64,000 bases of DNA from a virus. Within the stretch, counting starts at the first letter, position 1. Every line of letters starts with the position of its first letter. A program made the translations under genes and the position numbers. Location: UHGV virus genome UHGV-1378817. One strand, given 5' to 3'. The notes under the pieces are model-generated. The model was not told where the DNA came from and did no database searches. It saw only the letters and a list, made by a program, of their open reading frames with translations. Positions 44,876-52,923 of the stretch are shown piece by piece.

Positions 44876-45443
44876 AGTAAATCTTATTTAACATTACCTC
44901 ATCCTTTGCAGAGAGAATACCGAGATATGCATCACCGAACCTACCTGCAACAACCTCTACATGATACATAACTTCGTTAATATCGTCAAGAGTGATAACT
45001 GGATGACCGTATCTCTCTGAGTATTGTCTCAGAGTGCGATGTAGGGAATCATCATCGTAGGCAGACTTTTTAATATCACAAACACGACGAATAGCCTTGA
45101 TGTCGAAAAACCCTGTGCGATACCAACCAAGAAAAAGGTTTCGTACAGTGTCAACACCTACATCAACACCGTCAAGAACCTTATCTACAAGATAGCTGTC
45201 ATCCTTTGGACCTGCTTCCTTAGTTCGAATGTAGTTGCCATCTTTTCCAGGTGACAGCTCCTTCTCATCACCAACCTGAATGCCATCATTTGGCGGTGTT
45301 AACCACTTATCCGGATGCTTACGATCACGAGCGTTAGAATGATTACGCTGGAAACCTGGCTTCCACTTGAAAGTTTTCTCCATCTGTTCTTCATTCTGAT
45401 AACGTTTTGCAATCTTTTCACGGTCATCTTTGCGTGGACTCAT
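44865..45443 (-). CDS. hypothetical protein (192 aa)
   Basis: ATG with GAGGAGG SD; basic N-terminus; first gene downstream of the long non-coding region. Confidence 0.45.
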   Translation of the reverse strand: MSPRKDDREKIAKRYQNEEQMEKTFKWKPGFQRNHSNARDRKHPDKWLTPPNDGIQVGDEKELSPGKDGNYIRTKEAGPKDDSYLVDKVLDGVDVGVDTVRNLFLGWYRTGFFDIKAIRRVCDIKKSAYDDDSLHRTLRQYSERYGHPVITLDDINEVMYHVEVVAGRFGDAYLGILSAKDEVMLNKIYYER

Positions 45444-45539
45444 AACTACCTCCTCTTCAAGTTATAGAAAAACTCACTGTATCGCTTTGTAACGAGCTTT
45501 TCTATCAAACTGGTGCGATTGCCTTACCTGGTATAGTTT

Positions 45540-45820
45540 ATATAGCTGTGGAGCGATTTAGGTGCCTTCTTGTCCGTTTCCACACATAAACTTCATCCAA
45601 GCTCGCGCGGGAGACTCTCAACCGACTCCTTACGGCGCTGGCAAGCTTTCGTCGGTGGTCCACATCAGTGCTCGGCCTTTGGCCTGCGCTATCGCTTCGC
45701 TCCCACACATGTTAACAGACCTGCATGTATGCACTTCTGTTATTGTGTGCACCAGGGAGGCCCGGCATCTCGCCCCTCGTAGGCGAGTGCCAATGAAGGG
45801 CCGACACTACCCATAGTAAG
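45540..45820. other. GC-rich non-coding island (candidate structured RNA)
   Basis: GC-rich block within an AT-rich intergenic region; plus-strand ORFs 45562..45816 and 45570..45782 lack SD and look like composition artefacts. Confidence 0.25.
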
Positions 45821-45846
45821 TAATAAATTTAAAACATGGTACTTAG

Positions 45847-45904
45847 GATCTAGTATATTCTACATAAGTTAAGTATATGTACTTAGTACCATAAGTACTA
45901 GATC
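45847..45904. repeat. 9-bp inverted repeat (GATCTAGTA ... TACTAGATC) spanning an AT-rich tract
   Basis: Arms at 45847-45855 and 45896-45904 separated by 40 nt of AT-rich sequence containing repeated GTACTTAG. Confidence 0.4.
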
Positions 45905-45946
45905 TTTTATTTTTTATTATTTAGTTATTTTAGTTATATTCTTTAT

Positions 45947-46029
45947 GTGTCCGTATCACGGACAGTTAGTGTCCGTATTACGGGCAGATGTGTCCGCGTG
46001 ACGGACAGTAGTGTCCGTATCACGGACAG
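45947..46029. repeat. four phased dyad-symmetric iterons (candidate operator array or origin iterons)
   Basis: GTGTCCGTATCACGGACAG at 45947, variants at 45969 and 45990, exact repeat at 46011; each has arms TGTCCGT/ACGGACA; spacing 22, 21, 21 bp. Confidence 0.6.
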
Positions 46030-46103
46030 TTACTAACCTCTGTTCCATAGCGAACATAAAACATACGAATCCTTATAGTACAGATATTTAAGTTTTTACT
46101 GGT

Positions 46104-46454
46104 CTAACCAGTTGTTGACATTCGAATAACCTCTTCTGGTGGCAAAACTTTGGAAAATGTGCATCTTTTACCTCTCCCTTGTGTGGATATTTCAACCACT
46201 CCTGCACATTCTAAAGTTTTAACGCACGCTGCTGCTTTTGTTTTCTTTATCCCAACATCTGCTGCAATTTTCCTTGTGCTGGGTGTGAAGCGTGAACTTC
46301 CTCCAAGCTTATACCAGTTGTGCAGGTAGCAGTATACGATCTTGTCATACAAGTCAAGAACAACAACCTCCCCAGTTGTGTCATTCAAAACTTTTGACAT
46401 AGACAGTATTTCAAGGGGGACTTTAAGATATAGCAGCTTATCCCCATCTTTCAT
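46104..46454 (-). CDS. putative helix-turn-helix DNA-binding protein (116 aa)
   Basis: Segment SSRFTPSTRKIAADVGIKKTKAAACVKTLECAGVVEI resembles an HTH/winged-helix recognition unit; iteron array lies 75 nt downstream of its stop. Confidence 0.45.
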   Translation of the reverse strand: MKDGDKLLYLKVPLEILSMSKVLNDTTGEVVVLDLYDKIVYCYLHNWYKLGGSSRFTPSTRKIAADVGIKKTKAAACVKTLECAGVVEISTQGRGKRCTFSKVLPPEEVIRMSTTG

Positions 46455-46501
46455 ATCTCCTGATTCTCCTTGTGTGGCAATTTTCTTTAAAATAGCAGGG
46501 A

Positions 46502-47056
46502 TTACTCCCCGCTGTCAATAGCAAGACTCATTGCAATACTGTATGCCTCTTCTAATGGTAAGAGTCTACCCCACACATCCCAACCGACATCAAACTGCCT
46601 GCCAAACAACTGTTGTGTGGTTCCGTGAGCATGACCGAACAGTTGTACTGATCCGTGAGGCTTTCTGTTCCACTTTGCAAACTGGTAATGGCTCATACAG
46701 ATCAAATTCTTGTTGTGGCGAAGCTCGTAATAATCTACAACCTCATGATAGAACTCTTTCATAATTCTGACAGTCGTCCTTGTGTCATGGTTGCCACGAA
46801 CAAGAATAATATGTCCGTTCAACATATTTAGAATATCTGGAAGTAAGTTGTTGATATTTTTATCAGTAGTGCACGCAATATCTCCCAAGTGGAACACAGT
46901 GTCTGCAGGTGACACAACAGAGTTCCACTCGGCGATGATTCCCGCATTCATACTGTCAAGATTGTGATCATACTGAGATCTGTGTTTTTGACATGAATCA
47001 AACTCCATGACCCGCTGGTGGAGAAAGTGTGTGTCGCTTGTTACAAAGTATTTCAT
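46502..47056 (-). CDS. calcineurin-like metallophosphoesterase (candidate RNA-repair phosphatase), start revised
   Basis: Motifs SDTHF, HLGDIA, VRGNHD, FGHAHG; ATG at 47056 (MKYFVTSDTHF) lies just past the stop of the kinase gene; track ORF extends to 47161. Confidence 0.65.
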   Translation of the reverse strand: MKYFVTSDTHFLHQRVMEFDSCQKHRSQYDHNLDSMNAGIIAEWNSVVSPADTVFHLGDIACTTDKNINNLLPDILNMLNGHIILVRGNHDTRTTVRIMKEFYHEVVDYYELRHNKNLICMSHYQFAKWNRKPHGSVQLFGHAHGTTQQLFGRQFDVGWDVWGRLLPLEEAYSIAMSLAIDSGE

Positions 47057-47063
47057 ACATTCC

Positions 47064-47474
47064 TCATTTAAGTTTAATGCAGTTTTTAAGCTGGCGTTCC
47101 ATACGATCCACAACCCTGTCTGGAACATCATGAATGCTTTTATTACCGTGTCGGTTTTCAACCACGATTACGGTATAATTATACCCATGGCTGATTGCCA
47201 TGTCAACATATTCTTGCACATGTTTTTCTTTTGTAAACGTATTACTTACCACGATACGGTCGTATCCCATACGCATCATATCTTCTACGTTATCTTTGCA
47301 CCATTTTGCTGCAAGTGTTACTTTACTTGCATCCCAGTTGTAATTGCCGTCATCGTCGTACCAGAACATGTCGTTCTCAAAATGTGGATACAGACCTTCT
47401 AAAGATAGCGCATTTGCCAGTGTTGATTTGCCAGACCCTGGTAGACCACGCACGATATATAGCATTTTAGACAT
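47064..47474 (-). CDS. P-loop kinase, polynucleotide kinase-like, start revised
   Basis: Walker A GLPGSGKST (as in T4 Pnk kinase domain); ATG at 47474 with GGAGG SD; track ORF extends to 47531. Confidence 0.6.
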   Translation of the reverse strand: MSKMLYIVRGLPGSGKSTLANALSLEGLYPHFENDMFWYDDDGNYNWDASKVTLAAKWCKDNVEDMMRMGYDRIVVSNTFTKEKHVQEYVDMAISHGYNYTVIVVENRHGNKSIHDVPDRVVDRMERQLKNCIKLK

Positions 47475-47502
47475 AGTAATCCTCCGTTTTAATTTCAAAG
47501 AT

Positions 47503-47531
47503 AGTATACCTAACTGTTTTGTTAATTTCAA
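47503..47531 (-). promoter_or_regulatory. candidate promoter TTGAAA-17-TATACT for kinase/phosphatase operon
   Basis: Minus strand reads TTGAAA TTAACAAAACAGTTAGG TATACT in the 100-nt divergent intergenic region. Confidence 0.4.
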
Positions 47532-47592
47532 GTGTTGACACTAGGTTATTTGTGTGGCAGGATAGACTGACAAAATGACAAATGAGGAACGT

Positions 47593-48510
47593 ATGATGAA
47601 GTATTTTAATGCAGACGACCTAGTTGACAAAGGTCTTGTAACCAGTAGATATTACCCAGATCTTGGGTTAAAGATCTATAAATACGCCAGAAAAGTATTT
47701 TACAACAATTTATGGCATTTGTCCCCTCGTTTACTGGAGTGCCGAGGCATTGTTGTCGGTAATGAAGGAAATGTTGTGGCATGGCCCTTCACAAAAGTGT
47801 TTAACTTGGGAGAAAACTCCACCAACCTGCCTGACAATAAGCTTGTGACGGCGGTAGAGAAAAAGAACGGATTCCTTGGTGTGGTATCATCTCATAAAGG
47901 TGAACTATTGTTCTCAACAACCGGATCTCTTGATTCTCCATATTGTAACCTTGCAAAGGAAACCATCCAGGAGCAATGCGGTAATTTAGATCTTATCAAG
48001 AAGGTTATGGGCAATGAAAACATGACATTCATGTTTGAAATTTGTCACCCTTCAGATCCGCATATTGTTCAGGAAGATCATGGCGCATATTTGATAGGTT
48101 GCAGGTATAATGATTCTGGAATAATGCTACCAGAGGCAGCTTTAGATGGGATTGCCAAATACCTTGGTGCAAAACGTCCTCACACTGTGCGTGAAATTCC
48201 GTTCAGCTATGCAAAAGAATTGGCTGCAGAAACAAGAGGTGAAGGGTATATGATTCGTAAGCCTTACTATCCTTATGATCTGCAGCTGAAGATCAAGTCT
48301 CCATACTATCTGGCACGGAAGGCCGTAATGAGGGGTAAAGCTTGGAAGATTTGGGATGATGATATCTTTAAACGTGTTGACGAAGAGTTTTACGGCATGG
48401 TAAACTTCATTCGCAACAACTACACAGAGGATGTATGGAACTGCCTCCTGGAGCAGGAACGCCGTGAGATACTTGACTACTATTTCCACAACGAGGACTA
48501 TATGCAATGA
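47593..48510 (+). CDS. nucleotidyltransferase-superfamily ligase, RNA-ligase-like
   Basis: Motif I KKNGF (KxNG), motif IV-like EGYMIRK, motif V-like LKIKSP; start taken at ATG 47593 after GAGGA (track 47575); a TTGACA -35-like hexamer lies upstream at 47535. Confidence 0.5.
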   Translation: MMKYFNADDLVDKGLVTSRYYPDLGLKIYKYARKVFYNNLWHLSPRLLECRGIVVGNEGNVVAWPFTKVFNLGENSTNLPDNKLVTAVEKKNGFLGVVSSHKGELLFSTTGSLDSPYCNLAKETIQEQCGNLDLIKKVMGNENMTFMFEICHPSDPHIVQEDHGAYLIGCRYNDSGIMLPEAALDGIAKYLGAKRPHTVREIPFSYAKELAAETRGEGYMIRKPYYPYDLQLKIKSPYYLARKAVMRGKAWKIWDDDIFKRVDEEFYGMVNFIRNNYTEDVWNCLLEQERREILDYYFHNEDYMQ

Positions 48511-48857
48511 AGAAGTTGATTGTGTGGCTGGATGACTTGAGAGACCCGTCAAATTATGGGCTCCCAGACGCTATTTGGCTAAAGAATTCCTCCGAGTTTA
48601 TGGATTTTATTAACGATAATAGAAAGCTCTACAGACGCGTTTCTGAGTGGCATATGGACAACGACCTTGGAGAGGTATTAGAAGGGTACGATTGTCTATC
48701 TATGTTGGAGGAAAAATTTGTATTTGGTAAGCCTCCTGTAGTTGACAACGTGAAGATTTTCGTGCATACTTCTAACCCATCAGCTGCTCGTAAATTCATG
48801 CTTGCAGCTGACTCGTTTAAAAAGTTTGGAATAGAGATTAAACAAAACATCTACTGA
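48507..48857 (+). CDS. hypothetical protein (116 aa), receiver-like fold suspected
   Basis: ATGA overlap with upstream gene; pattern IVWLDDLRD...WHMDNDLG...VKIFVHTSNP loosely resembles a CheY-like receiver topology (weak). Confidence 0.4.
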   Translation: MKKLIVWLDDLRDPSNYGLPDAIWLKNSSEFMDFINDNRKLYRRVSEWHMDNDLGEVLEGYDCLSMLEEKFVFGKPPVVDNVKIFVHTSNPSAARKFMLAADSFKKFGIEIKQNIY

Positions 48858-48865
48858 GGACACTT

Positions 48866-49627
48866 ATGCGACGACTTATTATTATCTCCGGTGCTGGTTT
48901 GAGCGCTGAATCTGGTATTCCCACTTTCCGATCTGGTAGCACTGCAATGTGGGAGAATTTCAGCATCGATGAGGTGTGCAACATCCACACCTTTGCCAAG
49001 AACTACTATAAGGTGCATGACTTTTACAATGCACGTCGTGTAGCTCTAGGCAGTGTTGAGCCTAACCTTGCACATCTTCGGATCGCTGAGTGGTATTCCC
49101 GCTGGTCTGGTCGTGTGATCAACCTTACCACCAATGTAGATGATTTGCTGGAGCGTGCTGGTGTAAAACATGAAGATATTTTACATGTCCACGGGTATTT
49201 GCCAGAAATAGTCTATGAGGACGATGAAGGAAGTGACGTCATTAAGGACATTGGATACTCTGAGGTAGACGCAGGAAAGTATACCTGGGTTAAGCCTAAT
49301 GTGGTGTTCTTCGGAGAAGTAGCTCCGAAGTATACAGACATGTATGACCTGTTGACTTCTCTTACGAGCAATGATATGGTTATCCTTGTAGGGTGCTCCA
49401 ACACAGTTATCAATTTTAACTGGGAGCTATTCCCTGCCTGCAATAAGGGAACAAAACTGCTGATCGTTAACAAATACGACTCACAGCAGCTAGGGGAGAA
49501 TGGCATTTCACGTAGTGATATTTACCAATATGAGGATCGCGGCATCCCAGTTTGGTTTAACGGGGCGGTTGATGCTTTCTCTGATAAAACATTCATTGAG
49601 ACCGTAGAAAACTTTATGGAACTTTAA
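48866..49627 (+). CDS. Sir2-family NAD-dependent protein (sirtuin-like)
   Basis: GAGLSAESGIPTFR matches the sirtuin GAGIS..SGIP.FR motif; later TTNVDDLLERAG and HG..P blocks; GAGGA SD. Confidence 0.7.
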   Translation: MRRLIIISGAGLSAESGIPTFRSGSTAMWENFSIDEVCNIHTFAKNYYKVHDFYNARRVALGSVEPNLAHLRIAEWYSRWSGRVINLTTNVDDLLERAGVKHEDILHVHGYLPEIVYEDDEGSDVIKDIGYSEVDAGKYTWVKPNVVFFGEVAPKYTDMYDLLTSLTSNDMVILVGCSNTVINFNWELFPACNKGTKLLIVNKYDSQQLGENGISRSDIYQYEDRGIPVWFNGAVDAFSDKTFIETVENFMEL

Positions 49628-49640
49628 AAGGAGACCTTTA

Positions 49641-50354
49641 ATGCTGAATACCAAATTAATTGACAACCTGGAAAAACTGTCCCAACCTGAAAACTACCTT
49701 TGGTCTGCCAACTGGGTGGAAAACTGGAACCGTGTGGCAGCTAAAGTGAAAAAATCATACACACCATTCGAATTACAGCTTAGCTTCATTGAGGAAGAGT
49801 TCAATGAAGTTTTGGAAGAGCTGGAGAAAGGTGATGGCGGAGATCACCTGCTAAAAGAGGCCTGCGATCTTCACGTTGTCACAAGTTATGCCGCTTATCT
49901 TGTTAATGATAATCACGAAAAGTGGTCAAACCTGTTTGATAATCCACAGGGTCTTAAGTTCAAGATCGGTGAGTTCTATGATACACTGATCGCTGCGAAA
50001 AACACCTCTAAGCAAAAAGCGTCCGCTTACCGCTTAGCAGAGTTGTCAACAGCTTTGCTGTTCCAGCTTCGCGGCGATGTGTGCGGGATGATGCGTAAGG
50101 TTCTCAAATCGAATGACAGCAAGTTTGCACGGGTCAACCATCTACGGTATTCACACGGTGCCAGTGCAGATATGCCTGCTGAACAACTCATCGAGTTGGA
50201 GATTAAAGATCTTGAGCGACGCTTTGATGGTCGATATGAAGGTTTTGTTGCTAAGGAAGAATTCTACAACGGTAATAAAGTTATCATATTCCTTGACAGC
50301 AAAGGTAAGATCATGAAGCCTTCGAGCTTCAAGGATGTAACAGAGTATATTTAA
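49641..50354 (+). CDS. MazG-like all-alpha NTP pyrophosphohydrolase domain protein
   Basis: EEEFNEVLEELEKGD ... EACDLH fits the ExxE...ExxD metal-binding pattern; AAGGAG SD. Confidence 0.4.
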   Translation: MLNTKLIDNLEKLSQPENYLWSANWVENWNRVAAKVKKSYTPFELQLSFIEEEFNEVLEELEKGDGGDHLLKEACDLHVVTSYAAYLVNDNHEKWSNLFDNPQGLKFKIGEFYDTLIAAKNTSKQKASAYRLAELSTALLFQLRGDVCGMMRKVLKSNDSKFARVNHLRYSHGASADMPAEQLIELEIKDLERRFDGRYEGFVAKEEFYNGNKVIIFLDSKGKIMKPSSFKDVTEYI

Positions 50355-50360
50355 CAACAT

Positions 50361-50386
50361 AGCCGGGATTACCCGGCTTTACTTGT
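50361..50386 (+). terminator. intrinsic terminator
   Basis: AGCCGGG-AUUA-CCCGGCU followed by UUUACUUGUUG immediately after stop of 49641..50354. Confidence 0.5.
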
Positions 50387-50417
50387 TGTGGAAAGTATGC
50401 AAGTGAGGAAGATAGTT

Positions 50418-50726
50418 ATGTACAAGCACTCTAGAGATCTTGAAAACGATGCTGTGTTTGGGGATCAGATGAAAGAGTTGGTTAAACTCATAGGCAGGAT
50501 AGAGGATAAGTTTGACACTAAGATCTACATCGACAGCAAAGTATTCAACCACAAAATATGGACAAATCTGTGTGTTGGACTACATGGAGATAAAGATGTG
50601 GTAAATTTAGTTGTAATTAAGTTCATAGTGTGGCAGAATAAAACTATAAATTATTACGATCCACACCTGCTTGTTTACCCGATAAAAGACCTATTAGATA
50701 AGGAGGACTGCAGTGCCGTTATTTAA
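50418..50726 (+). CDS. hypothetical protein (102 aa), start revised
   Basis: Track start GTG 50388 lies inside terminator tail; ATG 50418 has GAGGAAG SD. Confidence 0.4.
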   Translation: MYKHSRDLENDAVFGDQMKELVKLIGRIEDKFDTKIYIDSKVFNHKIWTNLCVGLHGDKDVVNLVVIKFIVWQNKTINYYDPHLLVYPIKDLLDKEDCSAVI

Positions 50727-50982
50727 TCTTGCTAAACCTGTAGAAGCACACCAGTTTGACGGAAGCTCTTCATCAGTATCTGATCTGCAACGGTGGATTG
50801 ATACAGGTGTGTTTACATCGTCACCTGTTCGTACCAGAGATCTTCGTCGCATGTGTGAGCTTGTCGAGCCGTTTGGTAACCTGGTCTTGTACCAGGGAGA
50901 TTGGTTAGTTGACTTTATGGGAGACTGGTTGGTAATGAGTAAAGAAGAGATGTTTAACATTTTTAAGGAAGAGGCCGAGTAA
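50713..50982 (+). CDS. hypothetical protein (89 aa)
   Basis: GTG start with AAGGAGGA SD 6 nt upstream. Confidence 0.4.
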   Translation: MPLFNLAKPVEAHQFDGSSSSVSDLQRWIDTGVFTSSPVRTRDLRRMCELVEPFGNLVLYQGDWLVDFMGDWLVMSKEEMFNIFKEEAE

Positions 50983-52265
50983 TGCATCAGATCAAAACAA
51001 CACTGTACGCACTGAACAAAGATGGCAGCTACCAACAGTGGAAAGTATTCACGGATGGTGATAAGGTTATCGTAGAGTTTGGCAAGCTTGATGGTAAACT
51101 GCAATACAAAGAGACGGTATGCACGCCTAAGAACGTAGGTCGTGCCAACGAGACTACCGCTGAGCAACAGGCCGAGCTTGAGGCTATTAGCAAGTGGGAA
51201 AAACAAGTCCGTCTTGGGTATGTTGAGAATATGGAAGATTGCGAGCAGGGTGTTGACCTTTTACCCATGCTGGTGCATGACTACCTGAAGCGTGGCAAGG
51301 CTCTTAAATTACCTTGCTGGATCTTGCGTAAGTTAGATGGCCTTCGTCTACTTGTTGTTTTCCAGAATGGTGAGCCCAAATTTATTTCCCGTGGTAATAA
51401 GTCCTACCCTATTCAAGGAAAGCTTCTGGAGCAACTTCGCTCTTTCCACCTCACCACTGGGATTAAACAGCTCGACGGAGAGCTCTATATTCATGGTCTG
51501 CCTCTGCAGAAAATAGTTTCTCTTGCTAAACGATGGCGCACACAGGAAGAAATTCAGGCCGAGATCGATAAAGACTACAAGGCAGATAAAAAACGCCGTC
51601 AGGCTGCTATTAAGGCAGGTTTAGCAACATACAAAAACTTCAATAAGATGGACATTCCTGTTGATGTTGAGCCTGTTCGTGATGATTTGCGTTACGGAGG
51701 GTATTGCAGCTACGACTTAGAGTATCATATTTTCGATATCCCTAGCGATAAGGTGTGGTGGGATCCTGAAACAGAGTCTGGGCGCTGTAAGGATCTTATG
51801 GAGGCAAATGGTGCCATTTCTTCTTTGATGCTTGATCATATTAAGGTTGTTGATGCAGAGCTTGCATATACAGTTGATCGGTGCGAAGAGTCTGTTGGTA
51901 TATTTATGTCTGAGGGATATGAAGGTACCATTATGCGTAACTTCTGTGGTAAGTATGAGTATGGTCAGCGAACATCTGAAGCATTGAAATGGAAAAAGTT
52001 CAACGACGCAGAGGTGAAAGTTATTGACGTTGAGAAAGATAAGAATGATGAAGGTGTTCTTATCTGTGTTGACAAGGAGGGTGTTGTTGTTAAAATGAAG
52101 ATGAAAGGCACGCACGAGGAGCGTAGCTATGACAGGATGCAGGAAATGATCGGCAAGTTTGTCACCTTCAAATATCAAGCAAGGACAGAAGACAACAATT
52201 ACCAATTCCCTGTCGGTATCTGCGTCCGAAATGTTAACCCGGACACTTGGGAGGTGCTGGAATGA
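50982..52265 (+). CDS. ATP-dependent DNA ligase
   Basis: Motif I KLDGLR (KxDGxR adenylation lysine) at about aa 115; 427 aa. Confidence 0.7.
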   Translation: MHQIKTTLYALNKDGSYQQWKVFTDGDKVIVEFGKLDGKLQYKETVCTPKNVGRANETTAEQQAELEAISKWEKQVRLGYVENMEDCEQGVDLLPMLVHDYLKRGKALKLPCWILRKLDGLRLLVVFQNGEPKFISRGNKSYPIQGKLLEQLRSFHLTTGIKQLDGELYIHGLPLQKIVSLAKRWRTQEEIQAEIDKDYKADKKRRQAAIKAGLATYKNFNKMDIPVDVEPVRDDLRYGGYCSYDLEYHIFDIPSDKVWWDPETESGRCKDLMEANGAISSLMLDHIKVVDAELAYTVDRCEESVGIFMSEGYEGTIMRNFCGKYEYGQRTSEALKWKKFNDAEVKVIDVEKDKNDEGVLICVDKEGVVVKMKMKGTHEERSYDRMQEMIGKFVTFKYQARTEDNNYQFPVGICVRNVNPDTWEVLE

Positions 52266-52279
52266 TGTAGTGAGGTTCA

Positions 52280-52327
52280 GTAGGTAACGGTAGCCAATTG
52301 AATGATGGTTTTTCAATTGGCACCTAC
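52280..52327 (+). other. long imperfect hairpin downstream of DNA ligase gene
   Basis: Inner 10-bp stem GCCAATTGAA/TTCAATTGGC with 9-nt loop plus outer 6-bp GTAGGT/ACCTAC and a 7-nt bulge; no U tract follows. Confidence 0.3.
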
Positions 52328-52389
52328 ATAACCACACTATGTAGTGTTGTTGATCGGGTTAGTTATGAGTAAACTGGAGAGTATGAAAG

Positions 52390-52860
52390 ATGAAACTTGA
52401 TAAAAATGTTCAACGAAAAGCTTTCTTGGATATGATCGCATATTCGGAAGGCACAGATAATGGTAGACAACCTACCAAGGATCGGGGGTACGATGTCATA
52501 GTCGGAGGCAAGCTGTTCAGCGATTACAGCAAGCATCCCGGTGTTTACGTTAAGCTAAATGCTAAGCTTACCTCCTCCGCTGCTGGGCGTTACCAGGTTT
52601 TGGAGAAGTTTGCTAAACACTACATGAAACAGTTAGGATTACCAGATTTTGGCCCTGCCAGTCAGGACAAGATTGCGTTGCAACTGATCCGTGAGTGCAA
52701 GGCTCTCGCCGACATTGACGAAGGGCGTATCCACGAAGCTATCCGCAAATGCCGTTCCCGCTGGGCTTCGTTACCCGGTGCCGGATATGGTCAGCATGAA
52801 CAGAAGATCGAGAAGTTGATCGAGGTGTTTAAAAAGGCAGGCGGCATTGTTCTGGATTGA
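52390..52860 (+). CDS. endolysin, lambda R-type lytic transglycosylase
   Basis: Near-colinear match to lambda R as I recall it: QRKAFLDM..SEGTDNGRQ..GYDVIVGG..AGRYQ..KQLGL.DF..WASLPGAGYGQ. Confidence 0.85.
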   Translation: MKLDKNVQRKAFLDMIAYSEGTDNGRQPTKDRGYDVIVGGKLFSDYSKHPGVYVKLNAKLTSSAAGRYQVLEKFAKHYMKQLGLPDFGPASQDKIALQLIRECKALADIDEGRIHEAIRKCRSRWASLPGAGYGQHEQKIEKLIEVFKKAGGIVLD

Positions 52861-52863
52861 TCA

Positions 52864-52892
52864 TTGACATAACCACACGGACGTGGTATTGT
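52864..52892 (+). promoter_or_regulatory. candidate promoter TTGACA-17-TATTGT
   Basis: TTGACA at 52864-52869, 17-nt spacer, TATTGT at 52887-52892, then AGGAGGG SD and ATG 52924. Confidence 0.4.
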
Positions 52893-52923
52893 TACCTCAT
52901 AAGATGTTCAGGAGGGTTTAACC

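Noticed and set aside
45562-45816. Plus-strand ORFs 45562..45816 and 45570..45782 in the GC-rich island
   Set aside because: No SD, overlapping alternative frames, Pro/Arg/Ala-rich translations typical of GC-rich non-coding DNA; region kept as candidate RNA/non-coding instead.
45947-46029. Possible CRISPR array
   Set aside because: Repeats are 19-bp palindromes with 2-3 bp gaps and 21-22 bp period; there are no unique spacers of CRISPR-like length, so this is an iteron/operator array.
47535-47568. Plus-strand promoter for the RNA-ligase-like gene
   Set aside because: A consensus TTGACA is present but no acceptable -10 hexamer at 16-18 nt spacing (best is CAGGAT); kept only as a note in the CDS evidence.
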